NCBI GenBank assembly: GCA_963677485.1
Contig: OY781964.1
Location: forward strand, 160,001 to 224,000
Direction of reading: 5' to 3'
From: Armatimonadota bacterium
GTDB taxonomy: Bacteria; Armatimonadota; HRBIN16
Length of the DNA: 64,000 nucleotides
Below, one piece after another: positions 30,947 through 45,413 of this stretch. Position numbers and translations under genes: made by a program. Each line of letters starts with the position of its first letter. Positions within the stretch are counted from its first letter, which is position 1. Below the pieces are notes generated by a model. That model had not been told where the DNA came from. It saw nothing but the letters and a program-made list of their open reading frames with translations, and ran no database searches.

Positions 30947-32313
30947 TTTGCTTCCATTTCTGCCATACTCACATGCAGTCGTCGGCGCAGCTCTGCCCAC
31001 TGCTGTACAACCTGGCCAACGTCTACTATCGGGCGTGTTATTTCAGAGTTCAAATATAGGATATCACCTCGCACCATCGTCAATCGGTTGAGGATGGCAC
31101 ACCCTTGCGAAACAACATCGTACATGGGGTCATCACTAATCGATGTCACACGGTCCAGATCAATCGCACTCAGGCTGGCAATATGCCCTTCGGCTATTCG
31201 TCCACAAGGATCATCAAGATGAATCGCTAAGCCACCAGAACAGACTGCCGCCTCTAACAACTCATCGGTCGATAACAATGGATTGGCCAGCAATGCCGCT
31301 CTCATCTCCGACCACATGTCCAGGTCACCCGAACTGGCGGCACTATCAGTGCCCAAGGCCCAAGTAAGGTGATGCCTGTTCCACAGATCGGTATCGGCCT
31401 GCCCCCCGCTTAGTGCCTCGTTACTGCGAGGGCAGTGTACGATCGGAGCGTGGTGCTGCTGCAGCGTCTCCATATCGGTCTCCTCAAGGTGAACGCCGTG
31501 GATCAGTGTGGGCTCATGGTTAAAAAATCCGCGTCGGTTCAGCGCTTGGACAGGGGTAGGTTGGTATATCGGCCACTTGATGCCCCTTTGTCGATACAAC
31601 TCCGAATAAGGCCCAGACTGTGATATCAGTAACGCCATTTCCTCGGTGCTCTCGCAAAGGTGGATGCAAAACGGCAGCTTCTTCCTTGAGGCAGTGCGAA
31701 CCATGGGCATCAGCGCAGCGGTCGGCACAGTATACAGGCTATGAGCACTCAGCCCGAGTTGCACATGGCTGCCATGGATATCTAGTTCAAGCGAGTTGAG
31801 GCGGCTGTTAAGTTCCTCTTCAAACGGCAGTGAGACCATGTCAGGCATGGCCGTAAACTCAAGGTAGACCGTGGCCTCCAAACCCATATCGGCGATCGCC
31901 CGTGGTGAGGTGTCGGAGAAGCTGACATCACCCAGAGCGGTCGTTCCGGATCTGACACTCTGAATCGCTCCATACAAGCTGCTCACATAGTAGTCTTCAG
32001 CACTCATCAGCTTCCGAAGCTCCATCAGCTTGCGTATCCATGTAAAGAAGTGAGGGCATTCAATCATATCGGCGAAGGCAGTATATTCCAAGTGAGTGTG
32101 GGCGTTGACGAAGCCCGGGAGCAGCATGGCATTGCCCAGCTCCACCACTCTGTCACCAAGGGAGGCCTGTTGCGGACGAACTGCCACGATCATGCCATTG
32201 TGGATCACAAGCTCGTAGTTCATTCGCAGGCCCATGTGCGGAGAATACATCCACTCAGACCGAAGAATGAGAACCTCAGAACCTTTTGGTAGCCTGTCTG
32301 AACGGAAACGCAT
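30943..32313 (-). CDS. Amidohydrolase family nucleoside deaminase (MTA/SAH or aminodeoxyfutalosine deaminase-like)
   Basis: PGFVNAHTHLE, HSLYTV, IHLCES, HCPRSN, LGTDS. Confidence 0.8.
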   Translation of the reverse strand: MRFRSDRLPKGSEVLILRSEWMYSPHMGLRMNYELVIHNGMIVAVRPQQASLGDRVVELGNAMLLPGFVNAHTHLEYTAFADMIECPHFFTWIRKLMELRKLMSAEDYYVSSLYGAIQSVRSGTTALGDVSFSDTSPRAIADMGLEATVYLEFTAMPDMVSLPFEEELNSRLNSLELDIHGSHVQLGLSAHSLYTVPTAALMPMVRTASRKKLPFCIHLCESTEEMALLISQSGPYSELYRQRGIKWPIYQPTPVQALNRRGFFNHEPTLIHGVHLEETDMETLQQHHAPIVHCPRSNEALSGGQADTDLWNRHHLTWALGTDSAASSGDLDMWSEMRAALLANPLLSTDELLEAAVCSGGLAIHLDDPCGRIAEGHIASLSAIDLDRVTSISDDPMYDVVSQGCAILNRLTMVRGDILYLNSEITRPIVDVGQVVQQWAELRRRLHVSMAEMEAK

Positions 32314-32416
32314 GTATATGCAGCCTGCCTAATTTCGCGATTGTGCTCGATTCGGGTTATGATGTAAATACATTTTACCGAGATTCTTTCATAACTACCT
32401 CACAGGAGAACTGAAT

Positions 32417-33052
32417 ATGAATTCATGGATTGACCTGACTATACCCGTGCATGACGAAATGTTGATCTTCCCTGGTGATCCAGTTTATCGTTGGCAGCAG
32501 GTGTTATTCAAAAGTAAAGGCGATGTCTGCAACCTCAGCCGTATGGAGCTAGGTTGTCACACTGGCACCCACCTCGACTCACCTCGTCACATGATAGCCG
32601 ATGGTGCGGTGATAGAAGACTTCGATATCAACCAACTCTGCGGCACTGCATATGTCGCCCAGATTGAGGGCGGAGGCGACATCACCGCCGACTCACTTGA
32701 ACATGCCAACATACCCGCAGGGGTTGAACGGCTGCTACTCCGCACAGAGAACACAACGCGCGATCTTTTGAACCCGCCATTCCAGGCCGATTTCTGCGCT
32801 TTCGACCTCTCTGCGGCTCAGTGGCTCGTGAGCAAGGGAATTCGCGTCATTGGATTGGATTTCCTGACCATCGAACACAGTCCTGACCAAAGCTTCCCTG
32901 TTCACAAATGCATGTTGGGCTCTGGCATGGCGGTGATTGAAGGCGTAGCCACGAAAGACGCACCCCTGGGTATGGTTGAGCTGGTTTGCGCGCCTATGCG
33001 CCTACTCGTCGCCGAAGGGGCCCCATGCCGTGTGCTCGTACGCCCAATCTAA
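32417..33052 (+). CDS. Cyclase family metal hydrolase (KynB-like)
   Basis: HTGTHLDSPRH, GLDFLTIE, EGAPCR. Confidence 0.88.
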   Translation: MNSWIDLTIPVHDEMLIFPGDPVYRWQQVLFKSKGDVCNLSRMELGCHTGTHLDSPRHMIADGAVIEDFDINQLCGTAYVAQIEGGGDITADSLEHANIPAGVERLLLRTENTTRDLLNPPFQADFCAFDLSAAQWLVSKGIRVIGLDFLTIEHSPDQSFPVHKCMLGSGMAVIEGVATKDAPLGMVELVCAPMRLLVAEGAPCRVLVRPI

Positions 33053-33064
33053 CGAGGCACCTTC

Positions 33065-33700
33065 ATGCTCATTACTCCGATTACAGAACTCCACCCACTC
33101 TGGCCGCAGTGGGTGGGTCTCTATCTTGACAGCTTTCCGGTCTACGAACGCATGCGGCTCTCAGCGATCAAGGACGGCCTTGATGAGCCAGACAAAGGTC
33201 GATATGCCTTAGCCTTCACCGACAGCCACGCAGATACGACGTTGTGTGGTTTGGCTTATCTTATCATTCGCACCAATGAGCCAGTCGCCTATCTGGTGTA
33301 TTTTGCGGTAAACACCCAGATGCGTAACCGCGGATTGGGTGTGCAACTCTATGAAGCCATCTGCAGCTATTGCCGTGAGAAGGGGTGCAATAGCCTGTTC
33401 TTTGAAGTGGAGCACCCGGATGACCCGCATATGGACACACAGATGGCCAATCGGCGTATCGGCTGGTATCTGAGGCACGGCGCAGAGCTGATCACCGGCA
33501 TCGACTTATGGCAAAGAGTATCTGACGAGTTGCCCAGCATTCACTACTACATCGTGGCGCATCGGCTGGGCGATGTGGACGATGCAACCCTCACATCAAC
33601 TGCCATGAGCCTGTTTCATGGAGCGGAACAGATATCAGAACTACGCTTGTGCCGCCAATGGCCGCCCGCAGATGAGGACAGATGCCCCCGCTTACAGTAA
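33065..33700 (+). CDS. GNAT family N-acetyltransferase
   Basis: YFAV...RNRGLG acetyl-CoA motif; FEVE; RRIGWY. Confidence 0.8.
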   Translation: MLITPITELHPLWPQWVGLYLDSFPVYERMRLSAIKDGLDEPDKGRYALAFTDSHADTTLCGLAYLIIRTNEPVAYLVYFAVNTQMRNRGLGVQLYEAICSYCREKGCNSLFFEVEHPDDPHMDTQMANRRIGWYLRHGAELITGIDLWQRVSDELPSIHYYIVAHRLGDVDDATLTSTAMSLFHGAEQISELRLCRQWPPADEDRCPRLQ

Positions 33701-33736
33701 AATAGAGTGTAGTCACATAATAATTGGGGGTTTCGA

Positions 33737-34942
33737 ATGATCTGGAAACAGTCTATACGTAAGCGCATGCTTATTGGTTTTTTAATTATCGTAGCATGCA
33801 TTGGTATGTGGACCGTCATCAATGGCGTATTAAACCCCGTAGCACTTAAAGATCGTAATGTCAACACAAAGGACTGGATCGCTTTCGTCCACAGTGATGA
33901 TTCAAGTAATGAAGACATCTACATGATGCAGGCCGACGGTACCGGCCTACGCCCGATTGTGGCTGAGCCCCTGCGACAATTCGAACCCGCCTGGTCGCCG
34001 TCTGGCAACCGCATTGTATTCATGGGTGAAACCACGAGCAATGAGACCAATGACAACCGTGTATACCCCCAACTGTTTATCTCCGACCCCACCGGACAGC
34101 CTCGTAAGCCGATGACTTACTCACAGGGGGCAAAGTCCTCCCCCATGTTTGTCCCATCGGGGAAGGATGTCCTCTATGTCAACCAGGGGATGATACTGTC
34201 CGTCAACCTCACTGACGGCCGTTCAGAGCAGATACTACCCCCCATCAGCCTAAAGCAAGTCTGGAGCAATCTGCTGCCGGGCGGAAAAGTTCAGTTCTCA
34301 CAGCCATATCATAACAGTGTGTCGTCAGACATCTATGCGGTTCAGGATATGGACAACTCCCAAGCGCTGGTTATATACACTCCGTCACAAGGCTCAACTG
34401 GCCGCACGACACATGACAGTGGTTCGTCGGATGAGGCAGTGCCTGGGAAATCTTTATCCGGCAACCTGCCAAAACCGCTGATGGGTGGAGAGACATTGCA
34501 TTTGGCTCCCACAGCGGACGGTACACGCTTGGCTTTCAGTGTGCTAAGTGCGGACCACAAACAGGCGGGTATTCTGAAGCGGGAGTTGATGACCGGCGAG
34601 ATGGAACTACTGTGGAAGGGTAATTCCTCATCGATACCCGGAAAACTGGTTTGGAGCAACGATGGCAGCACCCTGGCGATAGAGATATGGCGTGAGGGAA
34701 AAGATGGCGACCTAGTCAGACAAGGCATCGGAATCCTGCAACTCGGTTCTCAGAATCTGCTCATGCCGGTGAAAGGCGAAGCCAGCAGCCCCACCCTCTC
34801 ACCCGATGGAAATCGCCTGGCCTATGTGGTATACCGTAATGGCGGTCGGGATATCTGGTGCTGCAATATCGACGGCACAAACTCCAAAAACCTCACGAAA
34901 GGCAAGGGCGATTGTTATGATCCAAAATGGTCTCCACAATAG
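33737..34942 (+). CDS. Membrane-anchored TolB-like/PD40 beta-propeller protein
   Basis: N-terminal TM segment; EPAWSPSG, SPTLSPDG, DPKWSP repeats. Confidence 0.8.
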   Translation: MIWKQSIRKRMLIGFLIIVACIGMWTVINGVLNPVALKDRNVNTKDWIAFVHSDDSSNEDIYMMQADGTGLRPIVAEPLRQFEPAWSPSGNRIVFMGETTSNETNDNRVYPQLFISDPTGQPRKPMTYSQGAKSSPMFVPSGKDVLYVNQGMILSVNLTDGRSEQILPPISLKQVWSNLLPGGKVQFSQPYHNSVSSDIYAVQDMDNSQALVIYTPSQGSTGRTTHDSGSSDEAVPGKSLSGNLPKPLMGGETLHLAPTADGTRLAFSVLSADHKQAGILKRELMTGEMELLWKGNSSSIPGKLVWSNDGSTLAIEIWREGKDGDLVRQGIGILQLGSQNLLMPVKGEASSPTLSPDGNRLAYVVYRNGGRDIWCCNIDGTNSKNLTKGKGDCYDPKWSPQ

Positions 34943-34998
34943 AATAGTGCTCTGCCAGCGCAAGGTTTTTGCCCAAAAACCGCTCATAGGAGGCACAG

Positions 34999-36243
34999 AT
35001 GCGATCGAAGCGTCGGAAGAGCCTCCTAGTATGGTTCGCTGTACTTGGCCCCGGACTAATTGCAGGTACAGCCGATAACGACCCGAGCGGGATCACCGGC
35101 TATTCAATGGCTGGTGCGCACTACGGCTACAGCATGCTTTGGATGCTGCTGCCCATCATGCTGGCCCTCATCATCAGTCAAGAGATGTGTGCCCGGATGG
35201 CGGCGGTCACAGGCAAAGGTTTAGCCGACCTCATCCGCGAAAACTTCGGCGTCAAAGTCACACTATTAGCCATGAGCACGCTGCTCGTTGCGAATGTGGC
35301 CACGTGCGTCTCTGAGTTCGCGGGAGTTGTAAGTGCATCCCACCTGATGTTCGGCCCCTGGTCACACTATATCGTGGTACCATTGGTCGCGTTAGGTTGC
35401 TGGTGGCTGGTCTCGAAGGGTGATTATCGGAAGATAGAAAAAGTGCTCCTCTACGGAGCCAGCGTCTACCTGCTTTACATCGTCTCCGCGGTGATGGCGA
35501 AGCCGGAGTGGGGCGCGGTGTTCAACAGCTTCCTACCCAAAGCGCCTGTCAAAGGGTATACGCAGGACTATGTGTGGCAAATCATCCAGATCATCGGCAC
35601 TACCATCACGCCTTGGGGACTGTTTTACATCCAAAGCGCCATGCGTGACCGCGGTGCTAAGAAGTCAGACCTGACTGATGTGCGGGTCGATGTCGGTATC
35701 GGCAGCTTCTATACCGTGTTTATCGCGTTCTTTATTGTGGTCGCCTGTGCTGCCACTCTCTACACGCATGGTATACGCATCCAAGATGCGGCCCAGGCGG
35801 CGGAGGGCTTACGTCCGGCAGCAGGTGCGCTAGCCATGGGGATATTCGCCGTGGGGCTGTTCAACGCGGGATGGTATGGGGCGCTGACGGTGCCGTTAAG
35901 CACAGCCTACGCCATCACCGAATCACTGGGGTGGGAAAGCGGCTTGGGCAGACGCGTGAAGGAAAGCCCGCTCTTTCTGGCAGTGTTCGGCTGGCAGATA
36001 CTGTTCGCTGCGGTGGTGAGCATAATCCCTCACATCAACCTGCTATTCTTAATCGTATTGCCTAATATCGTGGGCGGCGTGTTGCTGCCAATTATTTTAA
36101 TTATGATTCTACGACTGGCTAACAACCGAGATCTGATGGGAGAGCACGTCAACAGCAAGGCATTCAATGTCATTGCCTATGCGATGACCGGTGTGCTGCT
36201 TGTGCTGAGCGTGGGCCTCATCGGCCTGACCATCAAGGGCTAG
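34999..36243 (+). CDS. Nramp-family divalent cation transporter (NRMT/Mg2+-type motifs)
   Basis: GPGLIAGTADNDPSG and GTTITPW replace the DPGN/MPH motifs of MntH. Confidence 0.85.
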   Translation: MRSKRRKSLLVWFAVLGPGLIAGTADNDPSGITGYSMAGAHYGYSMLWMLLPIMLALIISQEMCARMAAVTGKGLADLIRENFGVKVTLLAMSTLLVANVATCVSEFAGVVSASHLMFGPWSHYIVVPLVALGCWWLVSKGDYRKIEKVLLYGASVYLLYIVSAVMAKPEWGAVFNSFLPKAPVKGYTQDYVWQIIQIIGTTITPWGLFYIQSAMRDRGAKKSDLTDVRVDVGIGSFYTVFIAFFIVVACAATLYTHGIRIQDAAQAAEGLRPAAGALAMGIFAVGLFNAGWYGALTVPLSTAYAITESLGWESGLGRRVKESPLFLAVFGWQILFAAVVSIIPHINLLFLIVLPNIVGGVLLPIILIMILRLANNRDLMGEHVNSKAFNVIAYAMTGVLLVLSVGLIGLTIKG

Positions 36244-36259
36244 AGTAGAATATAGATGT

Positions 36260-36618
36260 GTCTGCATGATGGGTAGACGGCTGCCGGTTCTTCGGAACGG
36301 GAGGAAAGTCGGGGCTCCACAGAGCGCGATGCCGGATAACGTCCGGGAGGGGAAACCCTATGGAAAGTGCCACAGAAAACAAACCGCCGGTCTCGGTCGG
36401 TAAGGATGAAACGGCGGGGTAAGAGCCCACCGCGGCTGCAGTAATGTAGCTGGCATGGTAAACCCCATCGGGAGCAAGACCCAATAGGGAGGCGCTAAGG
36501 TTGCTCGCCAAGTCTCCGGGTGTGGTCGCTAAAGCTTGATAGCAATATCAAGCGTAGATAGATAGCCGTCACCCTGGCAACAGGGTACAGAACCCCGCTT
36601 ATCGCCCTTCTTGCAGAC
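36260..36618 (+). ncRNA. rnpB: RNase P RNA (type A)
   Basis: GAGGAAAGTCGGGGCTCC ... GAAAGTGCCACAGAAAA ... GGTAAACCCC ... ACAGAACCCCGCTTA; P4 shows compensatory change; terminal gtctgca/tgcagac stem. Confidence 0.97.
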
Positions 36619-36679
36619 ACTTGACCTTTGCTGCCAGTCGCCCGACTGGCAGCTTATTTTAGTAACTGTGAGCGCCTAC

Positions 36680-36767
36680 CAAGTCCTACTCGTCCTACGT
36701 ATCTTACATGTCATATGAACCAGCTTTGTCATAGGACGGCTAGGATGAGTAAGACGAGTATGACTTG
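36680..36767. repeat. Inverted repeat built from 9-nt tandem units
   Basis: gtcctactc/gtcctacgt/atcttacat/gtcatatga mirrored by tcataggac/ggctaggat/gagtaagac/gagtatgac. Confidence 0.7.
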
Positions 36768-36816
36768 CTGGCTACCCGCCCCTCCTGCTCTCCTCTGCTC
36801 CTGTCTCCTGCCTCCC

Positions 36817-36858
36817 TAAAAAGCAAACACCCCCCGCAACGGATGCTGCGGGGGGTGT
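36817..36858 (-). terminator. rrn operon intrinsic terminator
   Basis: acaccccccgca / tgcggggggtgt stem followed by a T-rich run on the minus strand. Confidence 0.75.
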
Positions 36859-36868
36859 GAAAGAAAAC

Positions 36869-36986
36869 CCCTGGCGATGTCCTATCCTCCCGGAGGCTTG
36901 CGCCCCAAGTACTTTCGGCGCTGGAGGGCTTAACGGTCGTGTTCGGTATGGGAACGAGTGTATCCCCTCCGCCGTGATCACCAGGA
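36869..36986 (-). rRNA. rrf: 5S rRNA
   Basis: Reverse complement contains CCTGGTG...CCCATACCGAACAC...GCCGAAAGTACT...CGCCAGG. Confidence 0.96.
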
Positions 36987-37075
36987 GAGCCTTGACGCGA
37001 TTAGATCGCATCGGGTAGACATGGCCGCATTTCACACAACTTATCTATAGGCGGTGTGCGCCCTTAAAGTATCGG

Positions 37076-40018
<2,943 letters not shown>

Positions 40019-40312
40019 TTCGATACCTTAGAGGCGCAACACACTACATTACTGCAATGTGCCACCATCTATAGAATTCATTACAGAAGTTTCCTTCTGT
40101 GACTGTCTTGTTTGTTTTGTGAAATGTGTAGCTTCAAGTAATTAGCTTTGATTTTTGGATTATTCATCCTAAACCATAGCTTCTTAACTTAAAGATGCCA
40201 TGTCTACCCTATGCGATTTTCAATGTGCGTCTCGCCACTTTCGTGACAACTTTGCCGGATTGCAACCCGGCATTTCTTCTTACCTGCCACCCACCTACCA
40301 AAACCTAAATCT

Positions 40313-40388
40313 TGGTGGAGGATAGCGGGCTCGAACCGCTGACCCCCTGCTTGCAAAGCAGGTGCTCTCCCAACTGAGCTAATCCCCC
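40313..40388 (-). tRNA. tRNA-Ala(TGC)
   Basis: 76-nt cloverleaf, TGC anticodon, encoded CCA, located in the ITS. Confidence 0.97.
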
Positions 40389-40397
40389 AAACTTGGG

Positions 40398-40474
<77 letters not shown>

Positions 40475-40582
40475 ACGCCGCGAGACCGCGGAGACTAGGT
40501 GAAACTTGTTAAACCAAAACTAAAGAATAATAACTCGGACGACCTGAGAGATGCTCACCACTCCGAAGAGTGGGGCGCTTCC

Positions 40583-42134
<1,552 letters not shown>

Positions 42135-42307
42135 ATATCCTTTAACCCCTTACGAGGTCAAGTTCCAACTTTAGTGGATCGATTAGCTTCAAAACCGAAT
42201 TACCATTCTTGTCAGTCTTTCAACTGACGTTTGGTTCGCTGCTTCACCTAGTTTTCAAGGTCCCAACCGGCTCGAGGGGCTTACCCCGTTTCGCTCCGGC
42301 AAAGATA

Positions 42308-42336
42308 ATCATACCATGTAGAAATGCCCGTGTCAA
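42308..42336 (-). promoter_or_regulatory. rrn promoter (boxA-like GGACCTTGAAAA further downstream at about 42252-42263)
   Basis: Minus strand TTGACA-N17-TATGAT. Confidence 0.85.
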
Positions 42337-42471
42337 GCCCCACTTTATGCGAATTTTGGAAATTGGGCGAAATTGGGGTCAAAAGCCCCCATTCCAAGGG
42401 CAATGATGCACCTGGAATGTGGGCATTTCGTGCTCAAATCGGCTATTTTGAGCCAATATGAACCCAGTTTC

Positions 42472-43395
42472 CTATTTCTGTGAAATTGGCTTCTTGGCGG
42501 TGACAAAAGCACTGATAAAGCTAGACATCAACTGCGTCAGCTCCTCGGAGCTCAACTCTACGATTACCTCCGCAGGGACCAGACCATCGGCGTTCTCCGA
42601 CGTATACCTGCGGGCCACTGTCACCTGAGCGTCGGCAAACCCTGATGCGGCCAACATATCGAGGTAATCTGCCTTGACGATGGCCCCGGAGATGCAGCTG
42701 CACCACATAGAAAGATTCCGCTTGGCGATGTCCGTCAGCGGATTCTCCAGAACTACATCAGCAACCGCGAACCGGCCGCCCGGCTTCAGCACCCTGCATG
42801 CCTCACGAAGCACCTGAGCTTTGTCTGGCGACAGATTGATCACGCAGTTGCTGATGATCACATCGATGGAGTTATCGGGCAGAGGGACGTTCTCGATCTC
42901 CCCCTTCAGGAACTCCACATTAGTGGCCCCCGCCTTGGCCTGATTGCTGCGCGCCAGCTCCAGCATCTCATCGGTCATGTCTAGCCCGTATGCTTTTCCC
43001 GTGGGCCCAACCCGTTTTGCCGACAGCAGCACGTCGATACCGCCTCCGCTGCCCAGGTCCAGCACGACCTCACCCGGCATGAGTACTGCTAGTGCGTGGG
43101 GGTTGGCGCAGCCCAGTGAGGCAAGCAACGCTTCGTCGGGGATACCCTCTGCCTCCAACTCTGTGTAGATGTTGCTGGTGATCGCATCTTTGAGCGATCC
43201 GCCATCACAGCAACTTGCCTTCTGTTTGCCTGAAGCTGCTACTGCTGCCGAGGCGTACCGCTGCTTCACCGCCAGCTTGATGGTGGCACTGCCCGGCTCT
43301 CCAGACCCACAGCACGAGCTGGTACCGCTGCAGCATGAAGCGTTCTTTGCCGAGTTCACTTCGGCTTGAGTCGATTTACGTTCTTCGTCCATCAT
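42472..43395 (-). CDS. arsM: Arsenite S-adenosylmethionine methyltransferase
   Basis: SLGCANP, VLDLGSGGGID, ISNCVINLSPDK, W..CISGA; Cys-rich N-terminus. Confidence 0.9.
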   Translation of the reverse strand: MMDEERKSTQAEVNSAKNASCCSGTSSCCGSGEPGSATIKLAVKQRYASAAVAASGKQKASCCDGGSLKDAITSNIYTELEAEGIPDEALLASLGCANPHALAVLMPGEVVLDLGSGGGIDVLLSAKRVGPTGKAYGLDMTDEMLELARSNQAKAGATNVEFLKGEIENVPLPDNSIDVIISNCVINLSPDKAQVLREACRVLKPGGRFAVADVVLENPLTDIAKRNLSMWCSCISGAIVKADYLDMLAASGFADAQVTVARRYTSENADGLVPAEVIVELSSEELTQLMSSFISAFVTAKKPISQK

Positions 43396-43495
43396 ATCCA
43401 CCTGCCTTAGTTCGTAAGAATTGGCCTTATTACTTGGCATTATAGCAAAATACTATGGTCTGTGCGAGTAATATTGTGCGCGCAACTTCATGCTA

Positions 43496-43534
43496 AAATC
43501 CCTCACTGTGAAGGTTGAACACAGTGAGGGATTT
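43496..43534. terminator. Stem-loop terminator downstream of the DUF4091 gene
   Basis: aaatccctcactgtg / cacagtgagggattt 15-bp inverted repeat. Confidence 0.75.
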
Positions 43535-43560
43535 GGGATGGATTTTAGGAGCTAAAAGGC

Positions 43561-45165
43561 TTACATCGAACGCTCAATGATCTTGCACCGAGTCTTGGCA
43601 ATCCATTTTTCACTAAACGGAAACTCCGCGTAGCCCTTTATTTCATCGAACATGGGGTCATCGAGCTGCACACCTGCCGTCTCAAGCAAGGCATAGTCCC
43701 GTAGTGACTCGCCAAACACTTCCCAGCGGATGGAATCGATCGGGCCAGCCTCCCCTGGGTAGACCACAAATGGGTCGCCATATGACCAGCCCGGCCAGTT
43801 GTTGGCGGAAGCATCTACAAAGGGGTCCAGTAGCTTCTGAGAGCCTGCAGCATACCAATAGTTGTAGCCCCAGTGCAAGAAGCCCAGTGCACCCAGCTTG
43901 CGGAACAGCCAGCCATGCATACGTATCTTGGTTAGAGGAGTGTCCATAAACCGGTTGAGATACTTCCCGCGGGGGCCGCAGCAGTAGTAAACCCAGGATG
44001 GGATACCCGCCTTGGCGTACTCATGCGCCACGCCGATGGATGGCACAGGCATATCGGTGATCTTCTGCTTGCCATACTCCACTTCGCTGAGGGCATCCAT
44101 CACTTTCATCCAGGGGGCCAGCTCCAGCAGCATCTGCCTCGCCGCCTTGTAGTTACCCATGTGCTCTTCGCCGTGCGGCTCGTCGGATACATGGAAGAAC
44201 GAGCACTCCGTGATCCCCTTGCGGTCAAGGAACTGCTTGAACACAGGAAAGAGCTGCGACAGGAAGTTGCGATAGGTGTCGGAGGTGGCCGATGTCTCAT
44301 GCGGCCAGAGCAGCGACTCACGGTCGGCATTCGAACGGTAAACCCTCAACGCCCACTTCACGCCCCACTGCCAAAACCAGTGCGTCCACTCAAAATACTG
44401 CGAGCCCTGGCTCAAGCCGATGTCCACCCACTTTTCCACATCGGTGAAGTCGAACTCATACTGTCCCTCCGATGTCTCCGTCACCTTCAGAAGCTGGTGA
44501 GGCCGTTTGATGCCATCGGTGGGCGGTGTGATGATCGGCACATACAGACTGCTGCAGCCGTGCTGCACCAGATCACGCACGTAGGCCTCCAGGATCGGCC
44601 AGAACCGCTTTTCATACGGCTTTAAATGATACCAGTCACAAAGCGCATCGGCGTAGAACCACTGGATCACGGGGAATTTGGTGGGTTTGACCACCAGCGG
44701 CCGTGTATCGACGACCACCGCTAGTTGTGTGCAGACCTTACCCTCTGTGACGAACTGCACCTTCAGATTTCGGACGCCGGGTTCGATCCCCGCCGGTATG
44801 GATACGGTGACCCAAAACGCCTGTGTCTCATGGGAACCCACGAGCAGCTCAGAGCCCGGGTAGAGCGGGTCCGGTACCAAACCGGGTAGATGCTTCAGCC
44901 CTTCGATGTGCCTGCTCGGCACATCCGGCGTGAAATGAGGCAGGGGCACATAACCGACCCTGCGGATCAGCGTGCCAAGGCCATCTGCACCTTGTATCTC
45001 AAGGGATAATTTTAACGGCTGGTCACCGTTATTTCTCACGCAGGCTTGGAATGATATCTGCTCATTTCGTGCGGTGATATAGCTTATCTCGTCGCTCTTT
45101 TGCGCTTTTGAACCCGGATAAACCCGCTTGATCGAACTCTGAAGCCAGTATTTGGCGTTGCTCAT
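43561..45165 (-). CDS. DUF4091/GH123-like glycoside hydrolase
   Basis: PDPL, HVSDEP, WVYYCCGP, GFLHWGYNYW, GDPFVVYPG, SIRWE. Confidence 0.8.
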   Translation of the reverse strand: MSNAKYWLQSSIKRVYPGSKAQKSDEISYITARNEQISFQACVRNNGDQPLKLSLEIQGADGLGTLIRRVGYVPLPHFTPDVPSRHIEGLKHLPGLVPDPLYPGSELLVGSHETQAFWVTVSIPAGIEPGVRNLKVQFVTEGKVCTQLAVVVDTRPLVVKPTKFPVIQWFYADALCDWYHLKPYEKRFWPILEAYVRDLVQHGCSSLYVPIITPPTDGIKRPHQLLKVTETSEGQYEFDFTDVEKWVDIGLSQGSQYFEWTHWFWQWGVKWALRVYRSNADRESLLWPHETSATSDTYRNFLSQLFPVFKQFLDRKGITECSFFHVSDEPHGEEHMGNYKAARQMLLELAPWMKVMDALSEVEYGKQKITDMPVPSIGVAHEYAKAGIPSWVYYCCGPRGKYLNRFMDTPLTKIRMHGWLFRKLGALGFLHWGYNYWYAAGSQKLLDPFVDASANNWPGWSYGDPFVVYPGEAGPIDSIRWEVFGESLRDYALLETAGVQLDDPMFDEIKGYAEFPFSEKWIAKTRCKIIERSM

Positions 45166-45290
45166 GTCATAATCCCCCAATGGACACGTTGATATATGGA
45201 AACTGCCGTTTTGCAGCAGTTATTGACTAAACCACCACACCATTTCGTCGTTGATGATGATAATCCCTGCTCGCAAACTAGCAAGTCATG

Positions 45291-45319
45291 TTGACTATTA
45301 CCATCGGCTGTGTCAAACT
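45291..45319 (+). promoter_or_regulatory. Probable sigma70 promoter
   Basis: TTGACT-N17-CAAACT with TG extension. Confidence 0.5.
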
Positions 45320-45413
45320 GATCACATAACGAAAGAACTGTCCGAGGGGGCATCGTCCCTGAGGCACATATGAGACCATACAAAACACCTATTTCCACTG
45401 ACAGGAGAGGCAT

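Noticed and set aside
36680-36816. CRISPR array
   Set aside because: Units are 8-9 nt, tandem or inverted, with no spacers; no cas genes in the window.
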